A stretch of 64,000 nt of DNA from Nitrospirota bacterium (lineage in GTDB: Bacteria > Nitrospirota > Nitrospiria > Nitrospirales > Nitrospiraceae): the NCBI GenBank assembly GCA_002737345.1, contig NSIK01000004.1:128327-192326 (forward strand). Direction: 5' to 3'. How positions within the stretch are numbered: position 1 is the stretch's first letter; each line of letters starts with the position of its first letter. Below are positions 1-8,743 of the stretch, piece by piece. The notes below the pieces were generated by a model. That model saw only the letters and a list, made by a program, of their open reading frames with translations, was not told where the DNA came from and did not search any database. The position numbers and the translations under genes are program-made.

Positions 1-1
1 T

Positions 2-385
2 GCCCGTCTCAAGTCGCAAGGTCGTGTGGTGGCGATGGCGGGAGACGGCGTCAACGATGCGCCGGCGCTGGCCTTGGCCGATGTCGGGATTGCGATGGGA
101 ACCGGGGCGGACACGGCCATCGAGAGCGCGGGGATGACGTTGGTGAAGGGGGATCTGCGAGGACTGCTCCGTGCGCGGAGACTGAGCCAGGCCACGATGC
201 GGAACATCCGGCAAAATCTCCTTTTCGCATTTCTCTACAATGTGATCGGGGTGCCGGTTGCGGCAGGCGCGCTTTATCCGGTCTGGGGCATCCTCTTGAG
301 CCCTATGATCGCCAGTGCTGCGATGACGTTCAGTTCCGTGTCCGTGATCTCCAACGCTCTTCGCTTGCGCCATGTAGAATTGTAA
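2..385 (+). CDS. heavy-metal-translocating P-type ATPase, C-terminal fragment (gene continues upstream of window)
   Basis: [11 protein letters not shown] hinge motif of P-type ATPases followed by two hydrophobic helices; reading frame open to the window edge; TAA at 383-385. Confidence 0.85.
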   Translation, partial: ARLKSQGRVVAMAGDGVNDAPALALADVGIAMGTGADTAIESAGMTLVKGDLRGLLRARRLSQATMRNIRQNLLFAFLYNVIGVPVAAGALYPVWGILLSPMIASAAMTFSSVSVISNALRLRHVEL

Positions 386-400
386 GTGCCACTTTGACTG

Positions 401-1879
401 ATGCGTGCTAGGCTACGTTCGTTTATGGGTGATCGAGCGGCGATTGATTTCATGAAGGACCGTGGCATGCTTCAACCAAATTTTCTGTTGCGAATCGTGG
501 TCGGACTCTGTGTAGGGAGCTCGGTCGTGGCTGGGACTGTTCTGGCTGGCGACCGTGCGATCCCTGTGGCGAGTGGAGGCGATCTCCAGGCGCAGGTGAA
601 GGCGACCGCCGCCAAAGTCACTCCCGCTGTCGTCAGCATCGGGTCAACGGTGATAGTGCGAGACCAAGCGTTCAGCGACGAAGGGCTCCCGTTTGGTCTG
701 GTTAAGGATGCCCCCCCCCGCCGTCAATATGGTCAGGGCTCCGGCGTGATTGTGTCACCGGACGGCTATATTCTGACGAATAACCACGTCATCGCCGATG
801 CGGTCGATGTGGAAGTGATCCTTGCCGACCGGCGGCAATATAAAGGGCGAGTGGTGGCCAGCGATCCCAAGACCGACGTGGCTGTGGTGAAAATTCAGGC
901 GACGAACCTCCCGACCGTAACCTGGGGAGATTCGAGCACGCTTGCCGTCGGAGAATTTGTGCTCGCGGTCGGCAATCCATTGGGGTTGAGCCGCAGTGTG
1001 ACGTTCGGCATTGTCAGCGCCGTCGGCCGAGCCGATGTCGGGATCGCGGACTTCGAAGACTTCATTCAGACCGATGCGCCCATCAATCCTGGCAACTCAG
1101 GCGGGGCCTTGGTGACCATCAACGGAGAGCTGGTGGGAATCAATACGGCCATCGCCAGTCCAACCGGCGGGAGCGTCGGCGTGGGCTTTGCCATTCCGAG
1201 CAATATGGCCAAGGCTGCCATGCAGAGCTTGCTCAAGACCGGGCGGGTGGTCCGTGGATTTCTCGGCGCCTCGACGCAGGATGTTACGCCTTTGCTCGGT
1301 AAGATTTTTCGCCTACCAGATGTGAAGGGCGCAATCGTGACCGATGTGCAAGCCAAAGGGTCGGCCGAGAAAGCCGGTCTCAAGCGCGGCGATGTGGTGG
1401 TGCGATTCGACGGACATGACGTGATGGACAGCGGACATCTCCGGAACCTCGTGGCTGCCGTGACGATCGGGAGTAAGCACAAGCTGGATTTCCTGCGTGA
1501 GAGCAAGCCGTATCAGGCTGACCTGGTGGTGCAGGAGGCGCCGCGTGAACGGGCGAAGAAGAGCCAGGCCCCATCGGCGGCAGCCTCCACGGTGCATCCT
1601 CTCGCGGGCGTGGTCTTCGACGATGTGACCGTGCCTCTGGCCCGGCAGATGAATCTGGCCGTCACTAGCGGAGTGGTGGTGACCGATATTGAGGAAGGCA
1701 GCCTGGCAGAATCGTCAGGCCTCCAGCCTGGAGATGTGGTGCTGGAGCTTAATCGTCAGCATATCTCCAGCTTCTCCGTATTTCAGCGACTGGCCGATCC
1801 GATGAAACCTTCCGGCCTTGCGCTCCTGCTGGTCAACCGGCAGGGGAGCGTCCTCTACATTCCCATTCAAGCAGAATAA
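401..1879 (+). CDS. htrA: HtrA/DegP family periplasmic serine endoprotease with two PDZ-like regions
   Basis: Catalytic triad contexts TNNHV, DVAVVK, GNSGGAL; hydrophobic N-terminal anchor; alternative in-frame starts at 452 and 467. Confidence 0.9.
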   Translation: MRARLRSFMGDRAAIDFMKDRGMLQPNFLLRIVVGLCVGSSVVAGTVLAGDRAIPVASGGDLQAQVKATAAKVTPAVVSIGSTVIVRDQAFSDEGLPFGLVKDAPPRRQYGQGSGVIVSPDGYILTNNHVIADAVDVEVILADRRQYKGRVVASDPKTDVAVVKIQATNLPTVTWGDSSTLAVGEFVLAVGNPLGLSRSVTFGIVSAVGRADVGIADFEDFIQTDAPINPGNSGGALVTINGELVGINTAIASPTGGSVGVGFAIPSNMAKAAMQSLLKTGRVVRGFLGASTQDVTPLLGKIFRLPDVKGAIVTDVQAKGSAEKAGLKRGDVVVRFDGHDVMDSGHLRNLVAAVTIGSKHKLDFLRESKPYQADLVVQEAPRERAKKSQAPSAAASTVHPLAGVVFDDVTVPLARQMNLAVTSGVVVTDIEEGSLAESSGLQPGDVVLELNRQHISSFSVFQRLADPMKPSGLALLLVNRQGSVLYIPIQAE

Positions 1880-2045
1880 GAGATCAAATGACCGCGTGCG
1901 CGGGTGTCTCGCGTGCTCGCGTAACGCGCGGTCTCAGAAGACCCTCGTTGGGCGCCCGCAGTCCGAGACAGCACGCGCTCACTCCCGGGAGAGGTAGGCA
2001 AAGAAGGCTCCGGCTCGTTGAGCATGCCCACGCCATCTCGCCATA

Positions 2046-2672
2046 TTGGAAGATCGTCCGGCTCGGCCTATAGTGAGCCCTATGAAGCCAGGGCGAACAA
2101 TCCTTCCACAGAGTTATTTCACTCGCCCAACGGTCACGGTGGCGCGCTCGCTCATCGGCAAGTATCTCGTGCGGGTGATCGAGGATCGGAGCGTGGCAGG
2201 CAGGATCGTCGAAGTGGAGGCCTATGTCGGGCCGGATGATCAGGCCTGTCATGCCTCGAAAGGGAGAACTCAGCGAACGGATGTAATGTTCGGGGCAGGA
2301 GGGATCGCCTATGTCTATCTCATTTACGGGATGTACCATTGTTTGAACGTGGTGACGGAGCTGGAGGGGTTTCCTTCAGCCGTCTTGATCCGGGCGATTG
2401 AGCTCGATGGGGACTTGATCGACGGACCGGGGAAGCTTTGCCGCGCGCTGCAGATCGATTGCAGTCTCAATCGCGCTGACCTTACGTCCGGCGAATTTCT
2501 CTGGTTCGAGGACCGAGGTGAGTCAGTGGGGAGTGGATCGATTGAGGTCCATCCGCGAGTCGGCGTCGATTACGCGGGAGAGTGGGCCAAGAAACCTTGG
2601 CGTTTCCGGCTGCGGAATACTTTAGCCCCAGCTCGGGCTTGTCGCACAAAAAAACAGGGGGGCGCCGGATAA
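2046..2672 (+). CDS. mpg: DNA-3-methyladenine glycosylase (Mpg/AAG family)
   Basis: Family-typical stretch FGAGGIAYVYLIYGMYHCLNVV and GPGKLCRAL; alternative start at 2082. Confidence 0.8.
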   Translation: MEDRPARPIVSPMKPGRTILPQSYFTRPTVTVARSLIGKYLVRVIEDRSVAGRIVEVEAYVGPDDQACHASKGRTQRTDVMFGAGGIAYVYLIYGMYHCLNVVTELEGFPSAVLIRAIELDGDLIDGPGKLCRALQIDCSLNRADLTSGEFLWFEDRGESVGSGSIEVHPRVGVDYAGEWAKKPWRFRLRNTLAPARACRTKKQGGAG

Positions 2673-2687
2673 ATCCTGCGTCCCCCT
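2647..2687 (-). terminator. intrinsic terminator-like hairpin for the minus-strand gene 2713-3078
   Basis: Read on the minus strand: AGGGGGACG, 14-nt loop, CGCCCCCCT, then TGTTTTTTTG; overlaps the 3' end of mpg. Confidence 0.5.
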
Positions 2688-2712
2688 TTGTATCTTGGGC
2701 TAAACAGGCCGA

Positions 2713-3078
2713 CTAGTTGATCTTGCGATCGCCAGTGATCTTCGTGGCAGAGGTGACTGGGGGATTGATCTTGATCTGAGGGCCCTGGACTTTCGGCAGG
2801 CGGCCCGCCCCCTGTCCTTCAGTGATCCGCGCATTATCAGACTTCACGAGGTTCTGTTCGCTGTGCTTGATGGATTCTGTGGACTTGAGCAATGTGGATT
2901 CGCCACGCGCATCGGATTGGCCCGGATCATTGGCGGTTGGCTGTCCCGTCACAGGGCTTCCGCTGTTCTTCATCGGATAGCCCTCGTGCTTGGGGAGAAG
3001 CGAGGGATTTGCCGAGGCCATAGACAGGGCAAACAGGACACCGGAGACAGTCGAAACGGTACCGACTAGGATATTCAT
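2713..3078 (-). CDS. small secreted protein, unknown function
   Basis: N-terminal signal-peptide-like MNILVGTVSTVSGVLFALSMASA; AAGGAG Shine-Dalgarno upstream of ATG. Confidence 0.6.
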   Translation of the reverse strand: MNILVGTVSTVSGVLFALSMASANPSLLPKHEGYPMKNSGSPVTGQPTANDPGQSDARGESTLLKSTESIKHSEQNLVKSDNARITEGQGAGRLPKVQGPQIKINPPVTSATKITGDRKIN

Positions 3079-3344
3079 GAGCCTACTCCTTTGAATAATG
3101 GTGGCCGGAGAAAATGCATTTTAGGCTGCGAGTTCAAATCAACTGGGTCAAATCATAGTCAGGGAGGGTGGGCCTGTCAAGGGTGAAAAGGGGAGGGTGG
3201 CTTGTCTGTCTGGTTAGATAGTCTTTCTGGTTCTTCAGGATGAACCCCAGCGAGCCAAGAGGCGCCGTTCTAAGGGCACGGCCGTAGCTCCGAGCTGTTT
3301 CTCGTTTGACGGGTTCCGCGAACGATGTGAGCGGAATCGCGAGA

Positions 3345-5219
3345 TTAGGCCGGGCGGCGTGTGGGAGGCCGGCGTCCCCGTCCTCGATAGGACGGGCCGC
3401 GGCTGAGACCTGGGAGACGAATGGTGACGGTGGTGCCTTCGCCTGGCGCGCTGCCGATGGCAATGGAGCCGCCATGTTCTTCTACGATCTTCTTGACCGT
3501 GGCGAGGCCCAGGCCTGTGCCGGCACGTTTGGTGGTGAAGAACGGTTCGAAGACTTTGTCGACGATTTCCGCTGGAATCGGGGCGCCGTCGTTCTTGATG
3601 AGGATCTGATTTTCTACGCCGCGCCCCGCGCGATGCTGGGTGATCTGAATATGGAGATGGCCTCCCGGGCTCATCGCTTCCCCGGCGTTCTTAAAAATGC
3701 TCAAAAAGACTTGCTGGATTTTGGATTCGTCGCCGCGGACCGGTGCGATTATCGTCGCATAGTCCTTGGTCACCTGGATTCTGGTGACTTCGAGATCGGT
3801 GGCGACCACCGTCAGCGCGCTTTCGATGACTTCGGGTATGCGGAGGAGCCGCCGGTTCAGCTCGAGCGGTTTCGCGAAGTCTAAAATCTCGTTCAGGATG
3901 GCTTCGATGCGGATCAAGTCGCGCATCGCGTTCTCGACGCGCGTCTGGGGGTCGAAATCGAGGATGCCTTCAGCCGTGACTTCTTCCAGTTGGGCGCGGA
4001 TCGAGGCGAGAGGCTCCCGCACTTCTGTCGCGAGGAACAGGCTGAACTCGCCGATGGCAGCCTGTCGCTCCTGCTTTCTGATGATGGGCTCAGAAGAATC
4101 CGGAGCGGTGGCCTCTCCTGGCGCGCCTTCTTGGCCAGCGGCCTGGGCCTGGCGGGCCGGTACTGCTAACGGAGCCTGGAGGATTTCTGCAATCTTGACG
4201 ATGATCGGTTCGAGCGTGCGGGCATCCGTCTGCTGGTACCGCCCGGCTTCTTTTGAGGCCAGGGTGATGGTGCCGCCCACTTGTCCCCGGACGAAGAAGG
4301 GCACGACGAACGAGGAGAGCAGCCGGTCCTTGAACAGATATTTGTGATCGAGAAACCGCCCCTGGGTGGAGGCGAGGTCGTGATCCACGCGCGGCTTGCG
4401 ATGGCGGACTGCCCAGCCGGAGGCAGAGCTGTCGAGCGTGAGGCGGTGGCCCGGCTTGAGATCTTTCTTCCCGTCTTTCTGCTCGCTCTTCAGATCGCCG
4501 GCCATCCCCAGCACTTCGACGTTGCCCGCGAGGGGGTCGTAGTGGCAGGCCCAGATGCGATCGTAGGCGACATATTGGTTGGCATCCGCCAGCGCGGCGA
4601 CAATTTTATCTTGGAGCTCCGGCATGAGCTGCGACACTGGCGCCGCAAACAGTTCTGCCGGCGAGGGTGGCGGAGGGACCGGCTCGTGCGTGACGAAGGG
4701 CCGGCTGAGCACCACGTTCATATCGAAGAGGCCGTCGCGCTCCAGCGCTTTCGTGATCGCGTCGCTGGCCTGCTCCATCAAAATTTTTTCTTTTTTCGCG
4801 AAGGTGGCGCTCTCTTTGCGCCTGATGACGAGGAAGCCGTAGGTTTTATTGCGATACCGGAGGGGCACGGCGAGCATCGATTTCACGTCAGGCGCAATCA
4901 AGCGGAGACGAATGGTGCGTCCATCTTCCTGGCTATTTGCGGCCGATGCAGCTGCGACAGCGGGGGCCGCGAGTGTCCGGAGGATCGCTTGCGTGTCGCG
5001 CGGGGTGAAGCCCCATGCCGCATGGCCAATTAGCGGGCCTTGGTCCCGGTGGAATACGGCGGCCAGCGCGGCGTCGACCGGCAAGTCGTTCAGCACGGCC
5101 GTCAAGGTCCGCTGAAGCTGCGTCTCGGGAATTGGTTTGCTGTGTGGGGCTGTGGGTGTCATTCGTGAGTTTGGGTGGAGTAGCGCGGTCATTGTAACAA
5201 CGTGCGCCGAGCAATTCAA
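3345..5219 (-). CDS. GAF-domain sensor histidine-kinase-like protein (H-box His replaced by Thr)
   Basis: C-terminal HATPase_c boxes (N: FKNAGEAM; F: FEPFFTTK; G2: GTGLGLA); DHp segment EFSLFLATEVREPLASI aligns to the SHELRTPL consensus; no adjacent response regulator. Confidence 0.8.
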   Translation of the reverse strand: MNCSAHVVTMTALLHPNSRMTPTAPHSKPIPETQLQRTLTAVLNDLPVDAALAAVFHRDQGPLIGHAAWGFTPRDTQAILRTLAAPAVAAASAANSQEDGRTIRLRLIAPDVKSMLAVPLRYRNKTYGFLVIRRKESATFAKKEKILMEQASDAITKALERDGLFDMNVVLSRPFVTHEPVPPPPSPAELFAAPVSQLMPELQDKIVAALADANQYVAYDRIWACHYDPLAGNVEVLGMAGDLKSEQKDGKKDLKPGHRLTLDSSASGWAVRHRKPRVDHDLASTQGRFLDHKYLFKDRLLSSFVVPFFVRGQVGGTITLASKEAGRYQQTDARTLEPIIVKIAEILQAPLAVPARQAQAAGQEGAPGEATAPDSSEPIIRKQERQAAIGEFSLFLATEVREPLASIRAQLEEVTAEGILDFDPQTRVENAMRDLIRIEAILNEILDFAKPLELNRRLLRIPEVIESALTVVATDLEVTRIQVTKDYATIIAPVRGDESKIQQVFLSIFKNAGEAMSPGGHLHIQITQHRAGRGVENQILIKNDGAPIPAEIVDKVFEPFFTTKRAGTGLGLATVKKIVEEHGGSIAIGSAPGEGTTVTIRLPGLSRGPSYRGRGRRPPTRRPA

Positions 5220-5237
5220 TGAAAAGGAATGGGTGTG

Positions 5238-5699
5238 TTATTCGTCGGGGCTGATAATTCTGGGGGCACGCTGTTGAGGGAATGCGTGCGGCTCCACCAG
5301 GCGCGGTTCAGTGGTCCAGGCATTGAGGATCGTCGTGGCCAAGCTGATCACGACCGCGCCGACGACCGCCGGCCAAAATCCCGTGACGGTGAATCCCTTG
5401 ACGAGATAGGCGGTGAATTCGAGCAGCAGGGCGTTGACCACAATGAGAAAGAGTCCCAACGAGAGGACGATCAAGGGGAGGGTCAGCACAAAGAGAATGG
5501 GACGGACCAGGAGATTGAGAAACACGAGCACGAGGATGGCGGCGATTCCGGCAGGGACTGAGTCGACCTCAATGCCCGGCACGGTCATGACGGCCAGGAA
5601 AACCGCAATCCCCGTGACCAGCACGCGGGTGGTGACGGCCTGAACCCCGCCGCGAAAGAGATAGTTATGAATTTCTCGCGTCACACGAACGGTTGGCAT
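5238..5699 (-). CDS. DUF360 / phage-holin-family-IV-like integral membrane protein
   Basis: Four hydrophobic helices with family-like LNLLVRPILFVLTLPLIVLSLGLFLIVVNALLL. Confidence 0.65.
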   Translation of the reverse strand: MPTVRVTREIHNYLFRGGVQAVTTRVLVTGIAVFLAVMTVPGIEVDSVPAGIAAILVLVFLNLLVRPILFVLTLPLIVLSLGLFLIVVNALLLEFTAYLVKGFTVTGFWPAVVGAVVISLATTILNAWTTEPRLVEPHAFPQQRAPRIISPDE

Positions 5700-5702
5700 A
5701 GA

Positions 5703-6065
5703 TCACCTTGCTTGAGTGGGCGCCGGTTGTGCCGGGGGTGGCATACGTTTACCTGATGCGTAATGGACTTCGGTCGCAGTCAGGGTCTTGTTGGCTTTGG
5801 TCGCTTCAATGATGACGCGATCGCCCACCGAAGGTAGATTGGCGCCTTTCGGATTGCCCTTTTCCCTGAACCGGGTCTGTTTGTTCACTTGTACGTTCAC
5901 GGTCTGGCCTTTGGGCGTCTTGATAGTGAGGTGCCCCGCGTCGATGGCGGTCACCGTGCCGAGCACATGTTGTCCGCTGCCATGGGCAAAGGCGGTGGAG
6001 GAGATGAGACAGAGGGCGCAAGCGAGAAGACTCCGGTACAGCATGTTGAATCGGTCCTTTTTCAT
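5703..6065 (-). CDS. small periplasmic protein (DUF5666-like), unknown function
   Basis: Signal peptide ending AFAHG; beta-rich repeat-like GTVTAIDAGHLTIKT...GDRVIIEATK. Confidence 0.55.
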   Translation of the reverse strand: MKKDRFNMLYRSLLACALCLISSTAFAHGSGQHVLGTVTAIDAGHLTIKTPKGQTVNVQVNKQTRFREKGNPKGANLPSVGDRVIIEATKANKTLTATEVHYASGKRMPPPAQPAPTQAR

Positions 6066-6077
6066 ACAAACGGTCGC

Positions 6078-6698
6078 TTAATGGTGATGGCCGCTCTCCG
6101 GCTGGATCGCCGCAGAGTCGTTGCCCTGGAGGAATTGGTCGAACGCGGCTTCCTCCTCCAGGTCTTTCTTCGTTTTGGGATTGAGGGCCTTCATCTGGTC
6201 GAGTTCTTCTGTTGTCAGTTGCGGCAGATGGCGAAGGAAGTGGACCAGCTTCCAGCTGTCCAGGTCCTGGGCCGGATCTCCTTCGCCCCAAGCCGGCATC
6301 GCGGTGAAGCGAATGCCGTTGTGAATGACCCAGAAGAGTTCCCCGTCGGACATCGATTGGGTATCGGGCAGCCGGAGGTCCGGCGCCTTGGGGTACACAT
6401 TCTTGCCGATGGGTGTCTGGCCGCTCCCATCGTTGGCATGGCAGCCCGCGCAATGGTCTGCGAAGTGGGCCAGCCCTTCCTGCAAAAGATCCGGACTGAG
6501 CGCGACAGGGTTGGGGGTGTTCCGTTGCTCGATCGGGATAGCGAGATGCCGGATCTGGCGCGCCAGAAAGATCTCGATCGCCTGGGGTTCCGTCTTCGCG
6601 CTAAAGCCGGTGGTGAACAGGCGATAGCCCAGCCAGCCGAACGTCGCAACGCCGGCCAGTACGGCAAGAAAAATGACTATCAGGAGTTTGGTTCGCAT
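6078..6698 (-). CDS. membrane-anchored mono-heme c-type cytochrome
   Basis: Single CAGCH heme-binding motif, distal Met context FTAMPAW, N-terminal TM anchor; start chosen at ATG 6698 with GAGG Shine-Dalgarno (track ORF extends to 6725). Confidence 0.8.
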   Translation of the reverse strand: MRTKLLIVIFLAVLAGVATFGWLGYRLFTTGFSAKTEPQAIEIFLARQIRHLAIPIEQRNTPNPVALSPDLLQEGLAHFADHCAGCHANDGSGQTPIGKNVYPKAPDLRLPDTQSMSDGELFWVIHNGIRFTAMPAWGEGDPAQDLDSWKLVHFLRHLPQLTTEELDQMKALNPKTKKDLEEEAAFDQFLQGNDSAAIQPESGHHH

Positions 6699-6762
6699 CG
6701 TATCGCCTCGGACTGTACTATACAAAATTATTCCGAGTTATTGCCACCAGCAGGCCCAATGA

Positions 6763-7575
6763 CTAGGGATTCCCAGGTTCGAGCGGCTTGAGAAGCCGGA
6801 GCAGGAGCAAGGCGGTTACGGGGACGTACATCAGTAGGCCCGTCATGCCGAGCAGCGATTCGCCGATCCAGAAGGTCACGCCGAGGTTAAAGGCCAGAAC
6901 GCCATAATAGAGGCCGACGCCGAGGAGGAGCCTGGTGGTGACGGAGTGGTCGGCGGGGAAGGCTGGTTCCGGGATCCCCCGGTCGAATCGGAAGTAGATG
7001 GAAAGGGAAATCAGTCCGACTACGGCCCAGCCTGCATAGTTCGCGAGGGGCACGCCGAAGTGGGTGCCGGGATCCGGGTAGTAGTAGATCTTGCCCAAGA
7101 ACCAGCGGTCGCCTCGCAAAGCGACCGGGTCGATGACCATGTCGATGCACGCATAAAACAACGCCGTGACGAGGAGGACGGCCCAGCCGGTGCGGGTGGC
7201 GCGATCGAAGCGGAGCCCGGTGAGCCAGCTCCTGGAGCGGTCAGAGGAGGGACAGATCGGGAGGAAAAAGCAGAGAGTCAGAGTGTAGGCCGCGTAGAGA
7301 AGAAAGCTGAACGAGATCGAATCCATGAAGGGGATGTTGGAGAAGTAGAGTTCCTGCCCCACGGTTGAGCCATTGTAGTGGTACCAGCCGAAGGGAATCC
7401 CGTTGCGCGTGGATGAAAACTCGCAGACGAAGGCTGTGCCCCAGCTAATCAGCCAGAATCGCCAGGTCCGCGGCCAGCCAATCAGTTTGATCGCGGCGAA
7501 GAGAAAGGCCGCCAGAAAGGCAAAGACGTAGGGACGGAAGAGGATGGTTTTAAAGAACAGGGCCAGGAGGTCCAT
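6763..7575 (-). CDS. polytopic membrane protein, DUF422 / carotenoid-biosynthesis-protein-like
   Basis: About 7 TM helices; motif NGIPFGWYHYNGSTVG resembles the DUF422 (CruF-like) family from memory; domain assignment not verified. Confidence 0.5.
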   Translation of the reverse strand: MDLLALFFKTILFRPYVFAFLAAFLFAAIKLIGWPRTWRFWLISWGTAFVCEFSSTRNGIPFGWYHYNGSTVGQELYFSNIPFMDSISFSFLLYAAYTLTLCFFLPICPSSDRSRSWLTGLRFDRATRTGWAVLLVTALFYACIDMVIDPVALRGDRWFLGKIYYYPDPGTHFGVPLANYAGWAVVGLISLSIYFRFDRGIPEPAFPADHSVTTRLLLGVGLYYGVLAFNLGVTFWIGESLLGMTGLLMYVPVTALLLLRLLKPLEPGNP

Positions 7576-7583
7576 AGAGAAGA

Positions 7584-7646
7584 GCCTTCAGCTTTCAGCA
7601 ATCAGCCGTCAGCTCAGATCTGAAAGCTGAGAGCTGAGGGCTCACT
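7584..7646 (-). repeat. intercistronic inverted heptamer array, GCNNTCA/GCTGARR type (copy 1)
   Basis: Nine consecutive 7-nt units around the palindrome TCAGATCTGA; shares an identical 22-nt block (CCTTCAGCTTTCAGCAATCAGC) with the reverse complement of 22923-22960. Confidence 0.85.
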
Positions 7647-7653
7647 GCTTTTG

Positions 7654-8637
7654 TTACACGTACATATGATCTCGGAACCATTGGACTGCTTTCCCTAGAG
7701 CAATCTCCGGCGGCGTCTGCGGGATGCCGAGCTCCCTGATCGCCTTGCTGCAATCGTAGTGCATTTTATATTTGGCCATCTTCACCCCTTCGAGTGGAAT
7801 GCGCGGCGGCTGGCCCGTAACGTTGGCGATCCATTGATTCAGATAGGCCAGGGGGAGAATCGCGAGTCGCGGGAGTTTGACCGTGGGCGCCTTGACGCCG
7901 CTCAGGCGGCTTAAGATTTCGAAGACTTCGCGCAGCATCAAGTTCTTGTTGCCGAGGATGTAGCGCTCGCCGATCCGGCCCTTCTCCATCGCCAGTAGAT
8001 GGCCAAGAGCCACATCGTCGACATCCACGATGTTCATCCCGGTTTCGATATAGGCCGGCATCCGGCCCTTCATGAAATCCACGATGACCTGCCCGGTCGG
8101 GGTCGGTTTCACGTCGCCTGCTCCGACCGGGGCGCTGGGGTTCACGATGACGACCGGCAGCCCCGCCTTCGCGAGTTTCAAGACCTCTTGCTCTGCCAGG
8201 TACTTCGACCGTTTGTAGTGGCCCGCCATTTGATCAAGCGAGACGGGCGTCTCTTCTTTCCCGAGCCCTCCGCCTGGCGGAAGGCCGATGGCGCCGATGG
8301 TGCTGCAGTAGACGATTCGTTCGGTGCCGACTGATCGGGCCGCTTCCATCAGATTTTTCGTGCCGGTGACATTGACGTCGTAAAAGATCGAGGGATCTTT
8401 GGCCCAGAGGGCATAGTGCGCCGCCACATGGTAGAGCTGCTGGCAGCCGGTGAGGGCTTTGCGCAACGAGGCCTGATCGCGTAGATCGCCTTCGACCAGT
8501 TCGACGGTCAGACCCTGAAGATTATGGAGGTCGGATGCTCTGCGGGTCAGGACCCGGACGTCGATGCCACGGTTCACCAGCGCGCGTGTGACTGCGCCTC
8601 CGATAAAGCCGGTTGCCCCTGTGACGAGAACTTTCAT
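7654..8637 (-). CDS. NAD-dependent epimerase/dehydratase (extended SDR), hopanoid-associated HpnA-like
   Basis: Rossmann motif VLVTGATGFIGG, catalytic YKRSK; start set at MKVLVTG (8637) because the 16 codons upstream translate the heptamer repeat. Confidence 0.8.
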   Translation of the reverse strand: MKVLVTGATGFIGGAVTRALVNRGIDVRVLTRRASDLHNLQGLTVELVEGDLRDQASLRKALTGCQQLYHVAAHYALWAKDPSIFYDVNVTGTKNLMEAARSVGTERIVYCSTIGAIGLPPGGGLGKEETPVSLDQMAGHYKRSKYLAEQEVLKLAKAGLPVVIVNPSAPVGAGDVKPTPTGQVIVDFMKGRMPAYIETGMNIVDVDDVALGHLLAMEKGRIGERYILGNKNLMLREVFEILSRLSGVKAPTVKLPRLAILPLAYLNQWIANVTGQPPRIPLEGVKMAKYKMHYDCSKAIRELGIPQTPPEIALGKAVQWFRDHMYV

Positions 8638-8644
8638 CTTGAAG

Positions 8645-8743
8645 ACGTAAACGGTGAGACGGGAACGGTGAAACGTGAGCAGCAAGAAGTCATAACTTGA
8701 AAGAAGCGGATGCGTTTCACGTTTTATGTTTCAGCCTCACGTC
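8645..8743 (-). repeat. intercistronic inverted heptamer array, ACGTGAR type (copy 1)
   Basis: ACGTAAA CGGTGAG ACGGGAA CGGTGAA ACGTGAG, 32-nt spacer, then 4 inverted units (GCGTTTCACGTTTTATGTTTCAGCCTCACGTC). Confidence 0.8.

Noticed and set aside
1880-2045. Possible sixth copy of the 120-nt element after htrA (CTCGTTGAGCATGCC resembles the right terminus)
   Set aside because: Only about 12 nt at one end resemble the element. None of the internal conserved blocks (CCGCCAGC, CAACGTACCC/GGGTACG) are present.
3162-3200. Direct repeat GGGAGGGTGG twice, 29 nt apart, upstream of the 2713-3078 gene
   Set aside because: There are only two short G-rich copies in GC-rich DNA. I cannot distinguish this from chance or assign a regulator, so I note it without calling a site.
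3134-3475. 113-aa minus-strand ORF between the secreted-protein gene and the kinase-like gene
   Set aside because: It overlaps the 3' end of the kinase-like gene in another frame, has no Shine-Dalgarno and no recognisable features, and is probably non-coding.
8638-8685. 16-codon extension at the start of the HpnA-like ORF
   Set aside because: It is a translation of the heptamer repeat array (LLTFHRSRLTVYVFK). The Rossmann motif begins right after Met at 8637.
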